A stretch of DNA of 64,000 nt. Source: Bacteroidales bacterium (lineage in GTDB: Bacteria; Bacteroidota; Bacteroidia; Bacteroidales; UBA932). The notes beneath the pieces were generated by a model. That model was not told the origin of the DNA and made no database searches. It saw only the letters and a list, made by a program, of their open reading frames with translations. The stretch is taken from contig JAFQAT010000074.1 of assembly GCA_017399865.1 (NCBI GenBank), positions 77 to 64,076 of the forward strand, given 5' to 3'. Position 1 is the first letter of the stretch; the number at the start of each line of letters is the position of its first letter. A program made the position numbers and the translations under genes. Below are positions 38,462-49,870 of this stretch, in pieces.

Positions 38462-39484
38462 TTAAAATTCGGCAAGACGGCTTACTGGAGCCACATCAAG
38501 CGATGAACGCTCGCCGTTCTGATAGTGGAACCATCCTGCTATTGCGATCATCGCCGCGTTGTCGGTGGTGAACTTGAATTCAGGAAGGAAGGTGGTCCAG
38601 CCTCTCTTGCGTCCCTCCTCCTCTATGCGGGCGCGGAGGCCGCTGTTGGCAGACACGCCTCCTCCGATGGTGATCTGCTTTATGCCGGTCTGCTTCGCCG
38701 CCTTTATCAGCTTGTCCATCAAGATATCTATCAAGGCTTTCTGGAAGCTTGCGCATATATCTGCCTTGTTCTTTTCCATGAATTCAGGATCTAGAGCCAT
38801 CTGGTCACGGACGAAGTAAAGAAGGGAGGTCTTTATACCGCTGAAGCTGTAGTCCAGTCCAGGGATATGCGGCTTGGAGAACTTGTACTTCAAAGGATCT
38901 CCTTCCTTGGCCAGCCTGTCCACTATAGGGCCGCCGGGGTATCCGAGGCCCATCATCTTGGAACACTTGTCGAAAGCCTCTCCCACAGCGTCATCAATGG
39001 TCTGGCCCAGGATCTCATATTCCAGAGGACTGTTGACGCGGACGATCTGGGAGTTGCCTCCAGAGACAAGAAGGCAGAGATAAGGGAACTCCGGCTGACG
39101 GTTTTCCTGGCCGTGCTGCCTGATGAAATTTGCAAGTATGTGTCCCTGAAGATGATTGACCTCTACCAGAGGCTTGTTCAAGGACATCGCGAGACCCTTC
39201 GCGAACGATGTTCCGACAAGAAGCGAGCCCAGCAGACCGGGGCCACGGGTAAACGCTATGGCCGTAATGTCTTCCGCCTTTATTCCAGCGCGTGTTATCG
39301 CCTCGCTTACGACCGGCACGATATTTACCTGATGTGCTCTGGAAGCGAGTTCCGGTATCACTCCACCATACGCCTTATGCACATCCTGGCTTGCCAGGAC
39401 ATTGGACAGAAGATATCCGTCCTGTATCACGGCAGCTGACGTATCGTCGCATGAAGACTCTATTCCGAGTATTATTTCTGACAT
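38462..39484 (-). CDS. tsaD: tRNA N6-adenosine threonylcarbamoyltransferase
   Basis: ILGIESSCDDT, HLQGH, LLVSGG, TIDDAVGEAFDK, TDNAAMIA. Confidence 0.96.
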   Translation of the reverse strand: MSEIILGIESSCDDTSAAVIQDGYLLSNVLASQDVHKAYGGVIPELASRAHQVNIVPVVSEAITRAGIKAEDITAIAFTRGPGLLGSLLVGTSFAKGLAMSLNKPLVEVNHLQGHILANFIRQHGQENRQPEFPYLCLLVSGGNSQIVRVNSPLEYEILGQTIDDAVGEAFDKCSKMMGLGYPGGPIVDRLAKEGDPLKYKFSKPHIPGLDYSFSGIKTSLLYFVRDQMALDPEFMEKNKADICASFQKALIDILMDKLIKAAKQTGIKQITIGGGVSANSGLRARIEEEGRKRGWTTFLPEFKFTTDNAAMIAIAGWFHYQNGERSSLDVAPVSRLAEF

Positions 39485-39603
39485 ATGAAATTATCTATAT
39501 TGGATAAGGTATGCTTTATGTAAAATACCATCTGCAAAAATACGGATTTTCTCCGATATTTTTACTATTTTTGCGAGTTGGACATTAAATAAGGACAAAG
39601 GTC

Positions 39604-42600
39604 ATCAAAAGGGCGATAAAAATACTCTGGCGTATCATAGTAGCAATGTCATGCCTGCTGTTTGCTGCCGCACTGGTAATACAGATGCCGCAGGTGCAGA
39701 CATTTGTTACTGGAAAGGTCGTAAGCAGGCTTTCGGAGAAGCTTGACGGAGACATCGTCTTCGAGAAGATCCATCTCAAGCCATTCACGACACTTGTCCT
39801 CAAGAACGTGAATATAGTCGACCGCAATCCCGCGTATGACCCCGATGACTCCCTAAGCGTAAAGGTCGACACATTCTTCCGGGCAGAATACATCATTGCA
39901 AAGTTTTCCTACAACGGTCTGTTCAAGCACGAAGGCATCCATCTGACAAAGGCATTCATCAGCAACGCCCAGATGAATCTCGTGATCGAGAACAAGGCAG
40001 ATGCCGGAGACGGAGACACAAGCACAGACAACCTTTCTCGAATCTTCCGCCTTCAGAAGCCTGATGAACCGAAACAAAGCGAGAAGGAGATCTTCCACAT
40101 ACGAAAGGTGGAGATCCTGGACATGGGATTCACGATGAGGAACTATCTTGATGACAGGATTCTGTTTGAAGGAAACGGCATTGACTGGAACGACCTTGAC
40201 ATAACAGACATCGACCTCAGTGCAAAGGGACTCAACTACAAGGGAGGCATCATGTCCGGAGAAGTCACAGACCTCAGCTTCCGCGAGAAGAGCGGATACA
40301 GAATATGGAACATGACAGGAAAGGCGGATGTCGGAAGAGGACGTACGATCATTGAGGACTTCCATATAAGAGACCCTTGGTCCGATCTGAATCTCCCGGT
40401 CTATATCATGAGCTACGAGAATATCATGGCATTCCAGGACTTCATCAGCAAGGTAAGGATTGACGCCGAAGTCGCGGAGAGCCTTCTGGATTTCAAGACG
40501 CTTTCATATTTTTCACCGGAGCTGGAAGGCAACAGCCTTGTTGCCGATGTGTCCGGAAACGTGTCCGGACATATAGACGACTTCACTTTCTCAGACTTCA
40601 GGTTCAATTCCAAGGCCGGAGGATTCAAGGGACGTGCTTCCGGAAGACTGGCCGGACTTCCGCACCTGGAATCCACATACATAAATGCGCGCCTTGAAGG
40701 ATTCAGGTTCACGACAAGAGGACTGGACGGTTTCCTCGCACAATGGATGAAGAATAAGACAGGACTTGACATCGGACGCTATGCCGAAGGCACTGAGTTC
40801 ACACTTGACGGAACGGCATCAGGCAAGCTGGACGATCTGGATGTCGATGCATCCATCAAGTCAGACATCGGACAGGCGGCAGCCGACGTCGTCATAAGCA
40901 ACGCCATTGACAGTCGGAAGAGTACCGGCATCTCTGGAAAGGTCCGTACGGAAGACTTGAACATCGGAAAGATCCTGAACATCGACATTCTGGGTCCTGT
41001 AAGCCTGAGGACATCACTCAAAGCCGACCTGGGCAATGCCGGCCAGCCGTCCGAGCTGCGCATAGACACGCTCAATGTCGACAGGCTGCATGCAAACGGA
41101 TACGATTACAGCAAGGCCATGGCCGTCGGCAACATTTCTTCCAACGGATTCAACGGAACGATCGTGTGCCATGACCCGAACTTCAATTTCATGCTCAACG
41201 GTGCATTCGCCCTTTCGTCCAAGACACAGAATGCGAAATACCAGTTTGTAGCACATGTCGGAAATGCGGATCTGAACGCCATCAATATAGACAAGAGAGG
41301 TCTCTCGCGAGTCAACCTGAGCGCCAGCGCCGACTTCACCAAGATCAACACCGGCGACGTCCGTGGAACAGTCGACATCGGAAAGATCGTACTGCAGAAC
41401 AGCGAAGGAAGATATAACATCGGAGATATCCGCCTCAACTCATACAGCAGCGACAGCACATATACCATACGTCTGGACTCAAGGTTCGCTAACGGCAGAT
41501 ATTCCGGAAGCGCCCCTGTCACGACCTTCGTCAAGGATCTCAGGGACATCACATTGAAGAAGGAACTTCCTGCCCTGTTCACGGATTCCACATACGTATG
41601 GAACGGAAATTCATACGGACTGGACTTCAGGTTCAACAACACCATGGACCTGCTCAGCTTCGTAATGCCAGGACTATACATTGACGAAGGAACCCAGCTG
41701 TCGGCCAGACTGGACAAGGACGGTAATTTCTCCGGCTCATTGAAATCTGACAGACTGGCCTTCAGAAAGGACTACTTCAAAGGTCTGGAAGCAGACTTCA
41801 GCAACAAAGGCAACGCCCTGGACGGAAGTCTTGAATGCTCGGAGCTGAAGCTCGCCTCCCTGTCAATGAAAGACAGCCACCTGAATGTGTACGGTGATGA
41901 CAACCTCATAGGAGCAAGCATGGTCTACGACAATCAGAGCGAACTGACCAATGCAGGAGAAATCATCATGCACGGAAATCTGAAGAGAGACACTGAAGGA
42001 CTCGGCATCGGCATGAATTTCCTTCCTTCATCCATCTTCATCAACTCCAAGGAATGGGATTTCGAACCATCGGAAATCTTCTACAAGAATCATAGTCTGG
42101 ATGTAAAGACTTTTGCGATAGTCTCAGGAGGCGAACGTATCAGCATCGCGGGCAAGGCGTCCAAGGAAAATGCCGACACCCTAAACCTGAACCTTGAAAG
42201 ATTCGACATATCCATAATCGACAAGATTCTCGGGCAGGACTTCGGCACCAAGGGCGTCGCAACCGGTACCGTGCAGCTGACGTCTCCGCTTGACGATAAG
42301 GGTATCCTTATCGACATGATCTGCGACTCCACATCTTTCGCTTCAACTCCTCTTGGAACAATCAACATCGGAAGCCGATGGAATGAGCAGGATGAAGACT
42401 TTGAGATCCTTGCAAAGAACGAGCTTGACGGAAAGAGCAACATCAATGCTTATGGTACGTTGAAGCCAGACGGTGGCCTTCTGGACATCACGGCAGACCT
42501 CGACAGGATGGACATAAGTTTTGCACAGCCTTTCCTTGACGACGTATTCAGCGATATGGACGGAAAGATTTCCGGACGCATAGACGTCAAAGGTCCGGTC

Positions 42601-44169
42601 AGCAACCTGAAGATCACCAGCAGCGACACCAGACTTGACGAGGGAAGACTCAAGGTCGCATATACCAATGTACCTTACAATGCCGAAGGAACATTCCACA
42701 TCGACGAGACAGGTGCCTATTTCGACGGAATATCCATCCGTGACGATTATACCGGCACCGGCATGGTGGAAGGAAGCATAAACTGGGATCACTTCCGCAA
42801 CATGAACTTCAACACATCCATCAGCATCAATGAAATCGAGGCCATCAACATAGACGAGGACCATGCGGAAAGCTTTTACGGGCGGGTGTTCGGAACAGGA
42901 AACATAACCATAACCGGACCGGTGGAATCGCTCCTGATGACCATAGATGCAATAACGGCGAAGCCAGGACAGCTTCACATACCTGTAAACACTTCGGCCA
43001 TCGGCAAGGTGACCAACCTGTTGAAGTTCAAGGAGGTTGAAGTTCCTGTTAAGATAGACCCATACGAAGCCATGATGGTGAAGATCGATGCCAGCGAGAA
43101 TGCGGCCAGCAATTTCACGGTCAAGCTACATGTAAATGCGCAGCCAGAAGTCGAGGCATTCGTTGAAATAGACAAGGCAAGCGGCAACGTGCTTTCAGGT
43201 TACGGAAGCGGTCTGATTGACCTGGAAGTCGGAGAAGACGTGTTCAACATCAATGGTGACTACATCCTCAACGGAGGCAACTACAGATTCGTAGCGATGG
43301 GCCTTGTCACAAGGGACTTCGAAATCGAAGACGGAAGCTCCATCAGATTCAACGGAGACATAATGAACAGCACCTTGGACATCAATGCAGTCTATAGGAC
43401 GAAAGCTTCGCTATCGACATTGCTTGCCGACGAATCTTCTGTGTCCAACAAGAGAAACGTGAACTGCGGTATCAACATTACCGGCAAACTGAGTAACCCT
43501 GAACTCGATTTCGACATCGATGTCCCAGACCTCAACCCTATGATCAAGTCCAGAGTCGATAGCGCGATCAGCACCGAGGACAAGCTCCAGAAGCAGTTCC
43601 TCTGGCTCCTTGTATCAGGAAACTTCCTTCCTGACGAACAGTCCGGTATCGTGAACAATACGACATCCCTGTACTCGAACGCCGCCACGGAACTTATCGC
43701 AAACCAGCTGAACAACATATTCGAAAAGCTTGACATACCTCTTGACCTTGGTCTGAACTATCAGGCCAATGAAAGCGGAAACGACCTGTTTGACGTTGCT
43801 GTTTCTACCCAGCTGTTCAACAACAGGGTTGTCGTCAACGGAAACATCGGCAACAAGCAATACAACACGTCCGGTTCACAGAATGACGTGGTCGGCGACC
43901 TTGACATCGAAATCAAGCTGAACCGTTCGGGAGCGTTCAGACTCAATCTGTTCTCACACTCTGCAGACCAGTTCTCGAACTATCTGGACAACTCGCAGAG
44001 AAACGGAGTCGGTCTCATGTACCAGACCGAGTTCAACTCGTTCGGTAGATTCGTAAGGAACATCTTCTTAAGCAAGGCAAAGAGGCAGGAAGCAAAGATG
44101 GAGGAGGAACAGGCCATGCTTCAGGGAAAGAAGACCACAATAATGATAGAAGGAAATGGAGAACAATAA
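39604..44169 (+). CDS. tamB: Translocation/assembly module TamB domain protein
   Basis: ~1500 aa beta-rich protein, N-terminal anchor ending QMPQVQT, C-terminal TamB-like domain (FNGD..LDINAVY, LFNNRVVVNGN); start proposed at ATC 39604, first ATG is 39646. Confidence 0.85.
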   Translation: MKRAIKILWRIIVAMSCLLFAAALVIQMPQVQTFVTGKVVSRLSEKLDGDIVFEKIHLKPFTTLVLKNVNIVDRNPAYDPDDSLSVKVDTFFRAEYIIAKFSYNGLFKHEGIHLTKAFISNAQMNLVIENKADAGDGDTSTDNLSRIFRLQKPDEPKQSEKEIFHIRKVEILDMGFTMRNYLDDRILFEGNGIDWNDLDITDIDLSAKGLNYKGGIMSGEVTDLSFREKSGYRIWNMTGKADVGRGRTIIEDFHIRDPWSDLNLPVYIMSYENIMAFQDFISKVRIDAEVAESLLDFKTLSYFSPELEGNSLVADVSGNVSGHIDDFTFSDFRFNSKAGGFKGRASGRLAGLPHLESTYINARLEGFRFTTRGLDGFLAQWMKNKTGLDIGRYAEGTEFTLDGTASGKLDDLDVDASIKSDIGQAAADVVISNAIDSRKSTGISGKVRTEDLNIGKILNIDILGPVSLRTSLKADLGNAGQPSELRIDTLNVDRLHANGYDYSKAMAVGNISSNGFNGTIVCHDPNFNFMLNGAFALSSKTQNAKYQFVAHVGNADLNAINIDKRGLSRVNLSASADFTKINTGDVRGTVDIGKIVLQNSEGRYNIGDIRLNSYSSDSTYTIRLDSRFANGRYSGSAPVTTFVKDLRDITLKKELPALFTDSTYVWNGNSYGLDFRFNNTMDLLSFVMPGLYIDEGTQLSARLDKDGNFSGSLKSDRLAFRKDYFKGLEADFSNKGNALDGSLECSELKLASLSMKDSHLNVYGDDNLIGASMVYDNQSELTNAGEIIMHGNLKRDTEGLGIGMNFLPSSIFINSKEWDFEPSEIFYKNHSLDVKTFAIVSGGERISIAGKASKENADTLNLNLERFDISIIDKILGQDFGTKGVATGTVQLTSPLDDKGILIDMICDSTSFASTPLGTINIGSRWNEQDEDFEILAKNELDGKSNINAYGTLKPDGGLLDITADLDRMDISFAQPFLDDVFSDMDGKISGRIDVKGPVSNLKITSSDTRLDEGRLKVAYTNVPYNAEGTFHIDETGAYFDGISIRDDYTGTGMVEGSINWDHFRNMNFNTSISINEIEAINIDEDHAESFYGRVFGTGNITITGPVESLLMTIDAITAKPGQLHIPVNTSAIGKVTNLLKFKEVEVPVKIDPYEAMMVKIDASENAASNFTVKLHVNAQPEVEAFVEIDKASGNVLSGYGSGLIDLEVGEDVFNINGDYILNGGNYRFVAMGLVTRDFEIEDGSSIRFNGDIMNSTLDINAVYRTKASLSTLLADESSVSNKRNVNCGINITGKLSNPELDFDIDVPDLNPMIKSRVDSAISTEDKLQKQFLWLLVSGNFLPDEQSGIVNNTTSLYSNAATELIANQLNNIFEKLDIPLDLGLNYQANESGNDLFDVAVSTQLFNNRVVVNGNIGNKQYNTSGSQNDVVGDLDIEIKLNRSGAFRLNLFSHSADQFSNYLDNSQRNGVGLMYQTEFNSFGRFVRNIFLSKAKRQEAKMEEEQAMLQGKKTTIMIEGNGEQ

Positions 44170-44869
44170 AGGCAGACTATATCTGATCCCCTCCCCTCTC
44201 GGAGACAATGACCCTTCGGAGGTCATTCCGCAGCCCGTTCTCGAGTCGTTGAAAGGATTCAGGACATTCGTCGTGGAGGAAGTGAGGACTGCGAGAAGAT
44301 ACCTCTCGAAGGCAGGCCTCAAGGGCCATATAGGAGAGCTGCAGTTTCATGAGCTGAACGAGCACACAGATGCCGCAACAGTCGAAGGTTACCTCCGTCT
44401 GTTTGACGACGGAAACGATGTCGCACTCATTTCAGAGGCTGGCCTTCCGGCCGTTGCCGATCCAGGAGCGCAGCTGGTCGCCCTTGCTCACAGGCACGGA
44501 ATTGAGGTCGTTCCGGCTGTCGGACCTTCATCGCTCATGCTCGCCCTCATGGCATCAGGGCTTAACGGCCAGTCATTCGCATTCTGCGGATACATTCCGG
44601 CAAAGACCGACGAGAGAAGAAGCCGGCTGAAGACCCTTGAAAAGGTTTCTGCGCAGCTCAGGCAGACCCAGATACTGATCGAGACCCCATACAGGAACGA
44701 TTCACTGTTCGCTGACATACTGTCTGTATGCAGTCCGTCTGTAAAAGTCTGTGTTGCAGCCAACATTACGATGCCCGACGCATACATCAGGACAAAGAAG
44801 GTGTCGGAATGGAAAAAGGAAGGCCTTGCTATAGGCAAGAGGCCATGTGTATTCTTGATATTGGCATAA
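44156..44869 (+). CDS. Tetrapyrrole-methylase/RsmI-like SAM-dependent methyltransferase
   Basis: GRLYLIPSPLG, ISEAGLPAVADPG, GPSS, IETPYRN. Confidence 0.87.
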   Translation: MENNKGRLYLIPSPLGDNDPSEVIPQPVLESLKGFRTFVVEEVRTARRYLSKAGLKGHIGELQFHELNEHTDAATVEGYLRLFDDGNDVALISEAGLPAVADPGAQLVALAHRHGIEVVPAVGPSSLMLALMASGLNGQSFAFCGYIPAKTDERRSRLKTLEKVSAQLRQTQILIETPYRNDSLFADILSVCSPSVKVCVAANITMPDAYIRTKKVSEWKKEGLAIGKRPCVFLILA

Positions 44870-45237
44870 TGGAAAAGATCGGAATAATAGAACTGGAAGG
44901 AATGGAGTTCAAGGCATATCACGGATGTCTTGACCAGGAAAAGGTGCGCGGAAATCTGTTCACAGTCGATTTCCGCGGAGAGTTGAATCTTGGCGCAGCA
45001 GCAGAGAGCGACAACCTGAACGACACTCTGAACTATGGCGAGATTTACGAGGTCGTTGCAGATGAGATGTCTATTCCGTCAGAGCTGCTTGAGAATGTCG
45101 CCGGACGCATAGTCAAGGCTATAGAGAAGCGTTTCCCTCAGCTTGTTGCGTTTTCAGTGAGAGTCTCCAAAAGGAAGCCGCCGGTAGACGGAACCGCGCA
45201 GTGGTCACGTGTCACTTTGTTTCACAGGGCAAGATGA
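44869..45237 (+). CDS. folB: Dihydroneopterin aldolase
   Basis: FKAYHGC..QE, DTLNY, LLENVA, KRKPP; start ATG 44869. Confidence 0.92.
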   Translation: MEKIGIIELEGMEFKAYHGCLDQEKVRGNLFTVDFRGELNLGAAAESDNLNDTLNYGEIYEVVADEMSIPSELLENVAGRIVKAIEKRFPQLVAFSVRVSKRKPPVDGTAQWSRVTLFHRAR

Positions 45238-46481
45238 GAATCAGTTTCATAACACTCGGTTGCAAGCTGAATTATGCCGAAACATCGACATATGAAAGAG
45301 AACTTCTGAAAGAGGGTCTCGAAGCCGTGCCGTGGACCAAGGGGGCGGACATCTTTCTTGTGAACACATGCACTGTGACCGAACATTCTGACAAGAAAAG
45401 CCGCAATATCATCAGGAAGCTCCACAGGCAGAATCCAGATGCCTTGATTTTTGTAACCGGCTGCTATGCCCAGCTTAAAAAGGCTGAGATAGAGGCGATC
45501 GAGGGCGTGACGGCAGTATTCGGAGCGACAGAGAAGAGCCTCATTGTACCTTCGATAATGGCAAAGGTCAACGGACAGGAGTTCTGCGCCCTCGACATGG
45601 GCACATTCTTCCCTGCATTCTCGAGCGGCGAAAGGACGCGCTCGTTCCTGAAGGTGCAGGACGGATGCGACTACAAATGCCATTACTGCACTGTTCCGTA
45701 CGCACGCGGAGAAAGCAGGAACATTCCTATCGCGGAGATCATCCCGCAGGCAGAGGCTATAGCCGCCGAAGGGATCAAGGAGATCGTGCTCACCGGAGTC
45801 AATACCGGAGACTTCGGAAGATCGACCGGGGAGACATTCTTCGAGCTGATCAGACAGCTGAATGAAGTAGAGGGTATCGAAAGGTACCGGATCTCGTCCA
45901 TCGAGCCTAACCTCCTGACAGAAGAAATGATCGACTGGATAACTTCAGGCACGAAATTCCTCCCCCACTATCATATCCCGCTCCAGTCAGGATGCGACAC
46001 TATACTTAAGGAGATGGGACGCCGCTATGACACAGCGGCATTCGCACATAAGATCGATTACATCCGGTCGCGGACGGAAGTGCCCGGAGGGCCGAAGGTC
46101 TTCTTCGGAATCGACGTGATCGTCGGATTCCCGGGAGAGACCGACGAACTCTTCATGGAGACTTATTCATTCCTTCGTGACGTCCTCCGTCCTGCATTCA
46201 TACATATATTCCCGTACTCGCGTCGTGCCGGCACTCCTGCCGCATCACGCAAGGACCAGGTGCAGGACTGCGTGAAGACCAAGAGGGTACAGATGCTGGA
46301 GGCACTCTGCGATGAACTGCACAGGGAGTTTATCGAGAGCAACAAGGGAGTTGCGGAGAAGGTCCTATTTGAAAGCACCGACAAGAACGGAATGATGGAA
46401 GGATATACCGGAAACTACATAAGGGTATCAAGGGAGTATGACCCGGACCTCATCGGAAAGATAGTTGACGTTACATTATAA
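45234..46481 (+). CDS. mtaB: tRNA t6A37 methylthiotransferase
   Basis: TLGCKLNYAET, NTCTVT, TGCYAQ, KVQDGCDYKCHYC; start ATG 45234. Confidence 0.93.
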   Translation: MRISFITLGCKLNYAETSTYERELLKEGLEAVPWTKGADIFLVNTCTVTEHSDKKSRNIIRKLHRQNPDALIFVTGCYAQLKKAEIEAIEGVTAVFGATEKSLIVPSIMAKVNGQEFCALDMGTFFPAFSSGERTRSFLKVQDGCDYKCHYCTVPYARGESRNIPIAEIIPQAEAIAAEGIKEIVLTGVNTGDFGRSTGETFFELIRQLNEVEGIERYRISSIEPNLLTEEMIDWITSGTKFLPHYHIPLQSGCDTILKEMGRRYDTAAFAHKIDYIRSRTEVPGGPKVFFGIDVIVGFPGETDELFMETYSFLRDVLRPAFIHIFPYSRRAGTPAASRKDQVQDCVKTKRVQMLEALCDELHREFIESNKGVAEKVLFESTDKNGMMEGYTGNYIRVSREYDPDLIGKIVDVTL

Positions 46482-46489
46482 TACAGAAG

Positions 46490-47335
46490 ATGGCCAGACT
46501 GACATTTTTAGGATCGGGCACTTCGCAGGGAGTGCCGATGATCGGATGCGGATGCGATGTATGCCGCAGCAGGGATCCGCGTGACAAAAGGCTTCGCGCA
46601 AGCGTGCTTGTGGATTACGAGGGCCTGAGGATCCTGGTGGATGCCGGTCCGGACTTCAGGCAGCAGATGCTCCGAGCAGGAGTTTCCCACGTGGATGCCA
46701 TCCTGTTGACCCATAATCATAAGGACCATACCGGAGGTCTGGACGATATCCGCGCATTCAACTACCTCGAAAAGAAGGCATCCGAAATATATTGCGAGAA
46801 ATACGTCGAGGATTCCCTGAGGATGGAATACGGATATGCCTTTGCTGAGAAGAAGTATCCCGGAGCCCCGGAATGGCATGTACATAACATCGACGACAAG
46901 CCTTTCACCATCCATGCTGGAGGTCCGTACGAAGTCCTTACATGGGAACATGGAAAAGGATATATCCGTTCAATGGCAGGAGAGAACGAGCCGGTCAGGT
47001 CTGTCGGGATAGTCCCTATCAGAGGCATGCATTACAAGCTTCCGGTTCTGGGATTCCGATTCGGAAACATCGCCTACTGCACTGACATGAACCATATTCC
47101 GGAAGAGGAATTCGAAAAGCTGCGCGGGTTGGACCATTTCGTGATCAACTGCGTGAAATACGGAAAGCATATCTCCCACTACTCGCTCGAGGAAGCGGTG
47201 GAAGTGGCGCAGAAGGTAGGAGCGAAGAACTCATGGCTTACCCACCTCTCCCACCAGCTCCCGACCTACAACGAGCTGGCGGCAGAACTCCCAGAAGGCA
47301 TCCACCCAGCCTACGACGGACTGGTATTGGAATAA
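46490..47335 (+). CDS. MBL-fold metallo-hydrolase (PhnP-like)
   Basis: LGSGTSQGVP..GCGCDVC, THNHKDH, THLSH. Confidence 0.9.
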   Translation: MARLTFLGSGTSQGVPMIGCGCDVCRSRDPRDKRLRASVLVDYEGLRILVDAGPDFRQQMLRAGVSHVDAILLTHNHKDHTGGLDDIRAFNYLEKKASEIYCEKYVEDSLRMEYGYAFAEKKYPGAPEWHVHNIDDKPFTIHAGGPYEVLTWEHGKGYIRSMAGENEPVRSVGIVPIRGMHYKLPVLGFRFGNIAYCTDMNHIPEEEFEKLRGLDHFVINCVKYGKHISHYSLEEAVEVAQKVGAKNSWLTHLSHQLPTYNELAAELPEGIHPAYDGLVLE

Positions 47336-47354
47336 CCCGGATAACCTCCATCTT

Positions 47355-47744
47355 ATGAAAGACGACAAGACACTTCAGAACATCGAAAAGTATCAGAAGC
47401 ACTATTCTGAACCCAAGCTGTTTGCCAAGATAAGCCGGATCTTCAGGAAAGCCGGAATCAAGGGAGTCTATTACGCCCTGCTGCTGTATCATGTCGTGAC
47501 TGACCCCGGCACTCCGACCAGGCAGAAAGCAATCATTCTCGGTGCGCTGGGATATTTCATCCTGCCAGTGGACATGATTCCGGACCTGCTGCCCCTTGTC
47601 GGATTCACCGACGACATAGCAGCCCTGGCAGCCTGTCTGAAGGCTGTCTATGACAACGTGACCCCGTCAGTCAGAAGCAAGGCAGCGCATAAGCTTCTCG
47701 ACTGGTTCCCTGACGCCGACATCAGCAAGCTGGAAGACAAGTAA
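47355..47744 (+). CDS. YkvA/DUF1232 family membrane protein
   Basis: [22 protein letters not shown]. Confidence 0.88.
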   Translation: MKDDKTLQNIEKYQKHYSEPKLFAKISRIFRKAGIKGVYYALLLYHVVTDPGTPTRQKAIILGALGYFILPVDMIPDLLPLVGFTDDIAALAACLKAVYDNVTPSVRSKAAHKLLDWFPDADISKLEDK

Positions 47745-47800
47745 GATACGCTGGCACAATTTTAGGTGGGCGTCGTGTTTTCATCAAAACATTTCTGTAT

Positions 47801-49300
47801 ATGAAAACGAACGACAAGAAACAGCTCACCTCGGAGAACGGACGCCCCATTCCCGACAATCAGAACACACAGACGGCAGGCCATCGCGGCCCTGTAACCT
47901 TACAGGACACATGGCTTCTTGAAAAGATGGCCCATTTCGACAGAGAGGTCATCCCCGAGAGGCGCATGCATGCGAAAGGAGCAGGAGCATACGGGACCTT
48001 CACGGTCACACATGACATCTCCCGATATACCCGCGCATCCATATTCTCAGAAGTCGGCAAGCAGACCCCATGCTTCGTACGTTTCTCCACTGTAGCCGGA
48101 GAGCGAGGTGCGGCTGACGCGGAACGTGACATCAGAGGATTTGCAATGAAATTCTACACAGAAACAGGAAACTGGGACCTTGTAGGCAACAATACTCCTG
48201 TCTTCTTCCTGCGCGACCCGCTCAAGTTTCCGGACCTGAACCATGCCATCAAACGCGACCCACGGACTGGCATGCGTTCTGCGAACTCCAACTGGGATTT
48301 CTGGACCCTGCTCCCCGAAGCACTTCACCAGGTCACGATAACCATGTCTCCGCGAGGCATCCCTGCCTCATTCCGCCATATGCACGGATTCGGGAGCCAC
48401 ACATACAGTTTCTATGACGCCGATAATCGCCGCACATGGGTGAAGTTCCACCTCAGGACCCTCCAAGGCATAAAGAACATGACTGATGCTGAAGCGGAAG
48501 CCGTCATTGCGAAGGACAGGGAGTCACACCAGCGCGACCTGTTCGAAGCGATCGAAAGAGGCGATTACCCTCGCTGGCTCATGCAGGTGCAGCTGATGAC
48601 TGAAGAGCAGGCAAGAAACTATCAGATAAATCCTTTCGACCTGACAAAGGTCTGGTACCATGGAGATTTCCCTCTGCATGATGTCGGCATCCTGGAACTC
48701 AACCGCAACCCGGAAAACTTCTTCGCAGAAGTCGAGCAGGCTGCCTTCAATCCGGCAAATATCATTGAGGGCATCGGTTTCTCTCCAGACAAAATGCTCC
48801 AGGGCCGCCTGTTTTCATACGGAGATGCACAGCGTTACCGTCTCGGAGTCAATTACAATGAGATTCCTGTCAACCGCCCGCGCTGTCCTTTCCATTCGTT
48901 CCACCGTGACGGTCAGATGCGCACTGACGGAAACATGGCAGCCACTCCGTCATATGAGCCCAACAGCTACGGGGAATGGAAGGAAACACCTTCTGCAAAG
49001 GAACCTCCTCTAGCAGTAACAGGCGATGTTTTCAGCTACGACGAACGTGAGTATGACGATGACTACTACACCCAGCCGGGGAAGCTCTGGCGCCTCATGT
49101 CCGCGGAAGACCGGAAGGCGACATGCGAAAACACCGCCCGCGCGATGGGAGACGCAGAAATCTTCATAAAGCAGCGCCATATACGCAACTGCTTCCGCGC
49201 CGACCCCGCCTACGGCAAGGGGGTCGCGGATGCGCTGGGCCTTTCGCTCGAAGAAGCGCTCAAGGCCGAAGATCCGGCGCATCCCGCCTGGGATCACTGA
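47801..49300 (+). CDS. Monofunctional heme catalase (small subunit)
   Basis: [36 protein letters not shown] (proximal Tyr). Confidence 0.96.
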   Translation: MKTNDKKQLTSENGRPIPDNQNTQTAGHRGPVTLQDTWLLEKMAHFDREVIPERRMHAKGAGAYGTFTVTHDISRYTRASIFSEVGKQTPCFVRFSTVAGERGAADAERDIRGFAMKFYTETGNWDLVGNNTPVFFLRDPLKFPDLNHAIKRDPRTGMRSANSNWDFWTLLPEALHQVTITMSPRGIPASFRHMHGFGSHTYSFYDADNRRTWVKFHLRTLQGIKNMTDAEAEAVIAKDRESHQRDLFEAIERGDYPRWLMQVQLMTEEQARNYQINPFDLTKVWYHGDFPLHDVGILELNRNPENFFAEVEQAAFNPANIIEGIGFSPDKMLQGRLFSYGDAQRYRLGVNYNEIPVNRPRCPFHSFHRDGQMRTDGNMAATPSYEPNSYGEWKETPSAKEPPLAVTGDVFSYDEREYDDDYYTQPGKLWRLMSAEDRKATCENTARAMGDAEIFIKQRHIRNCFRADPAYGKGVADALGLSLEEALKAEDPAHPAWDH

Positions 49301-49869
49301 TCCGCGCCATAAATAAAGTCGAGACCAGCCTCGTCAAGATATGACAGTTTCTTATAGATATACATAGTAAGGACCGAGTCGTCGGTATCATTGTGAGGGG
49401 CTATGAATGTTCCACTCATCTCTGTATCAGTCAGACGGAACAACCTGAATTCAGGATGCTGCGGTACCACATCATAAAAAAGAAGCGTGCTGGTCGACGG
49501 ATCATAGGAGTATGACCCGTCAGCGTATGACTTCCGCTCAGGAGTGTATATATACTGGCGGGCAAAACCTTCTTCCCTTAACGAGAAGAAGGGATATATC
49601 TTTCCATCTGAATACGAGAAGACCACATCAGTCAGTTTGCCTGAAGAATCTATATCAAGGATACAGTCCAGTTTCCAGGTGCCCGTACAATAATGCCTGA
49701 ACACGACTTCAGGAATCAGGTCAGATTTCGGGATGTATCTTCCGTCTTTATAGACAAGTTCTATTCTAATGCCCACATTGCCAACATCAACTTTCTGTAA
49801 TTCTTTATATTCAATCGGATTGCATGCCGACAACATGACTGCCGACAGGATTCCTATGATGTTCTTCAT
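49294..49869 (-). CDS. Hypothetical lipoprotein
   Basis: [16 protein letters not shown] lipobox; GTWKL lipocalin-like motif. Confidence 0.7.
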   Translation of the reverse strand: MKNIIGILSAVMLSACNPIEYKELQKVDVGNVGIRIELVYKDGRYIPKSDLIPEVVFRHYCTGTWKLDCILDIDSSGKLTDVVFSYSDGKIYPFFSLREEGFARQYIYTPERKSYADGSYSYDPSTSTLLFYDVVPQHPEFRLFRLTDTEMSGTFIAPHNDTDDSVLTMYIYKKLSYLDEAGLDFIYGADQ

Positions 49870-49870
49870 A

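Noticed and set aside
47752-47766. Sigma-54-like TGGCAC upstream of catalase
   Set aside because: The -12 box reads TAGG, too far from TTGC
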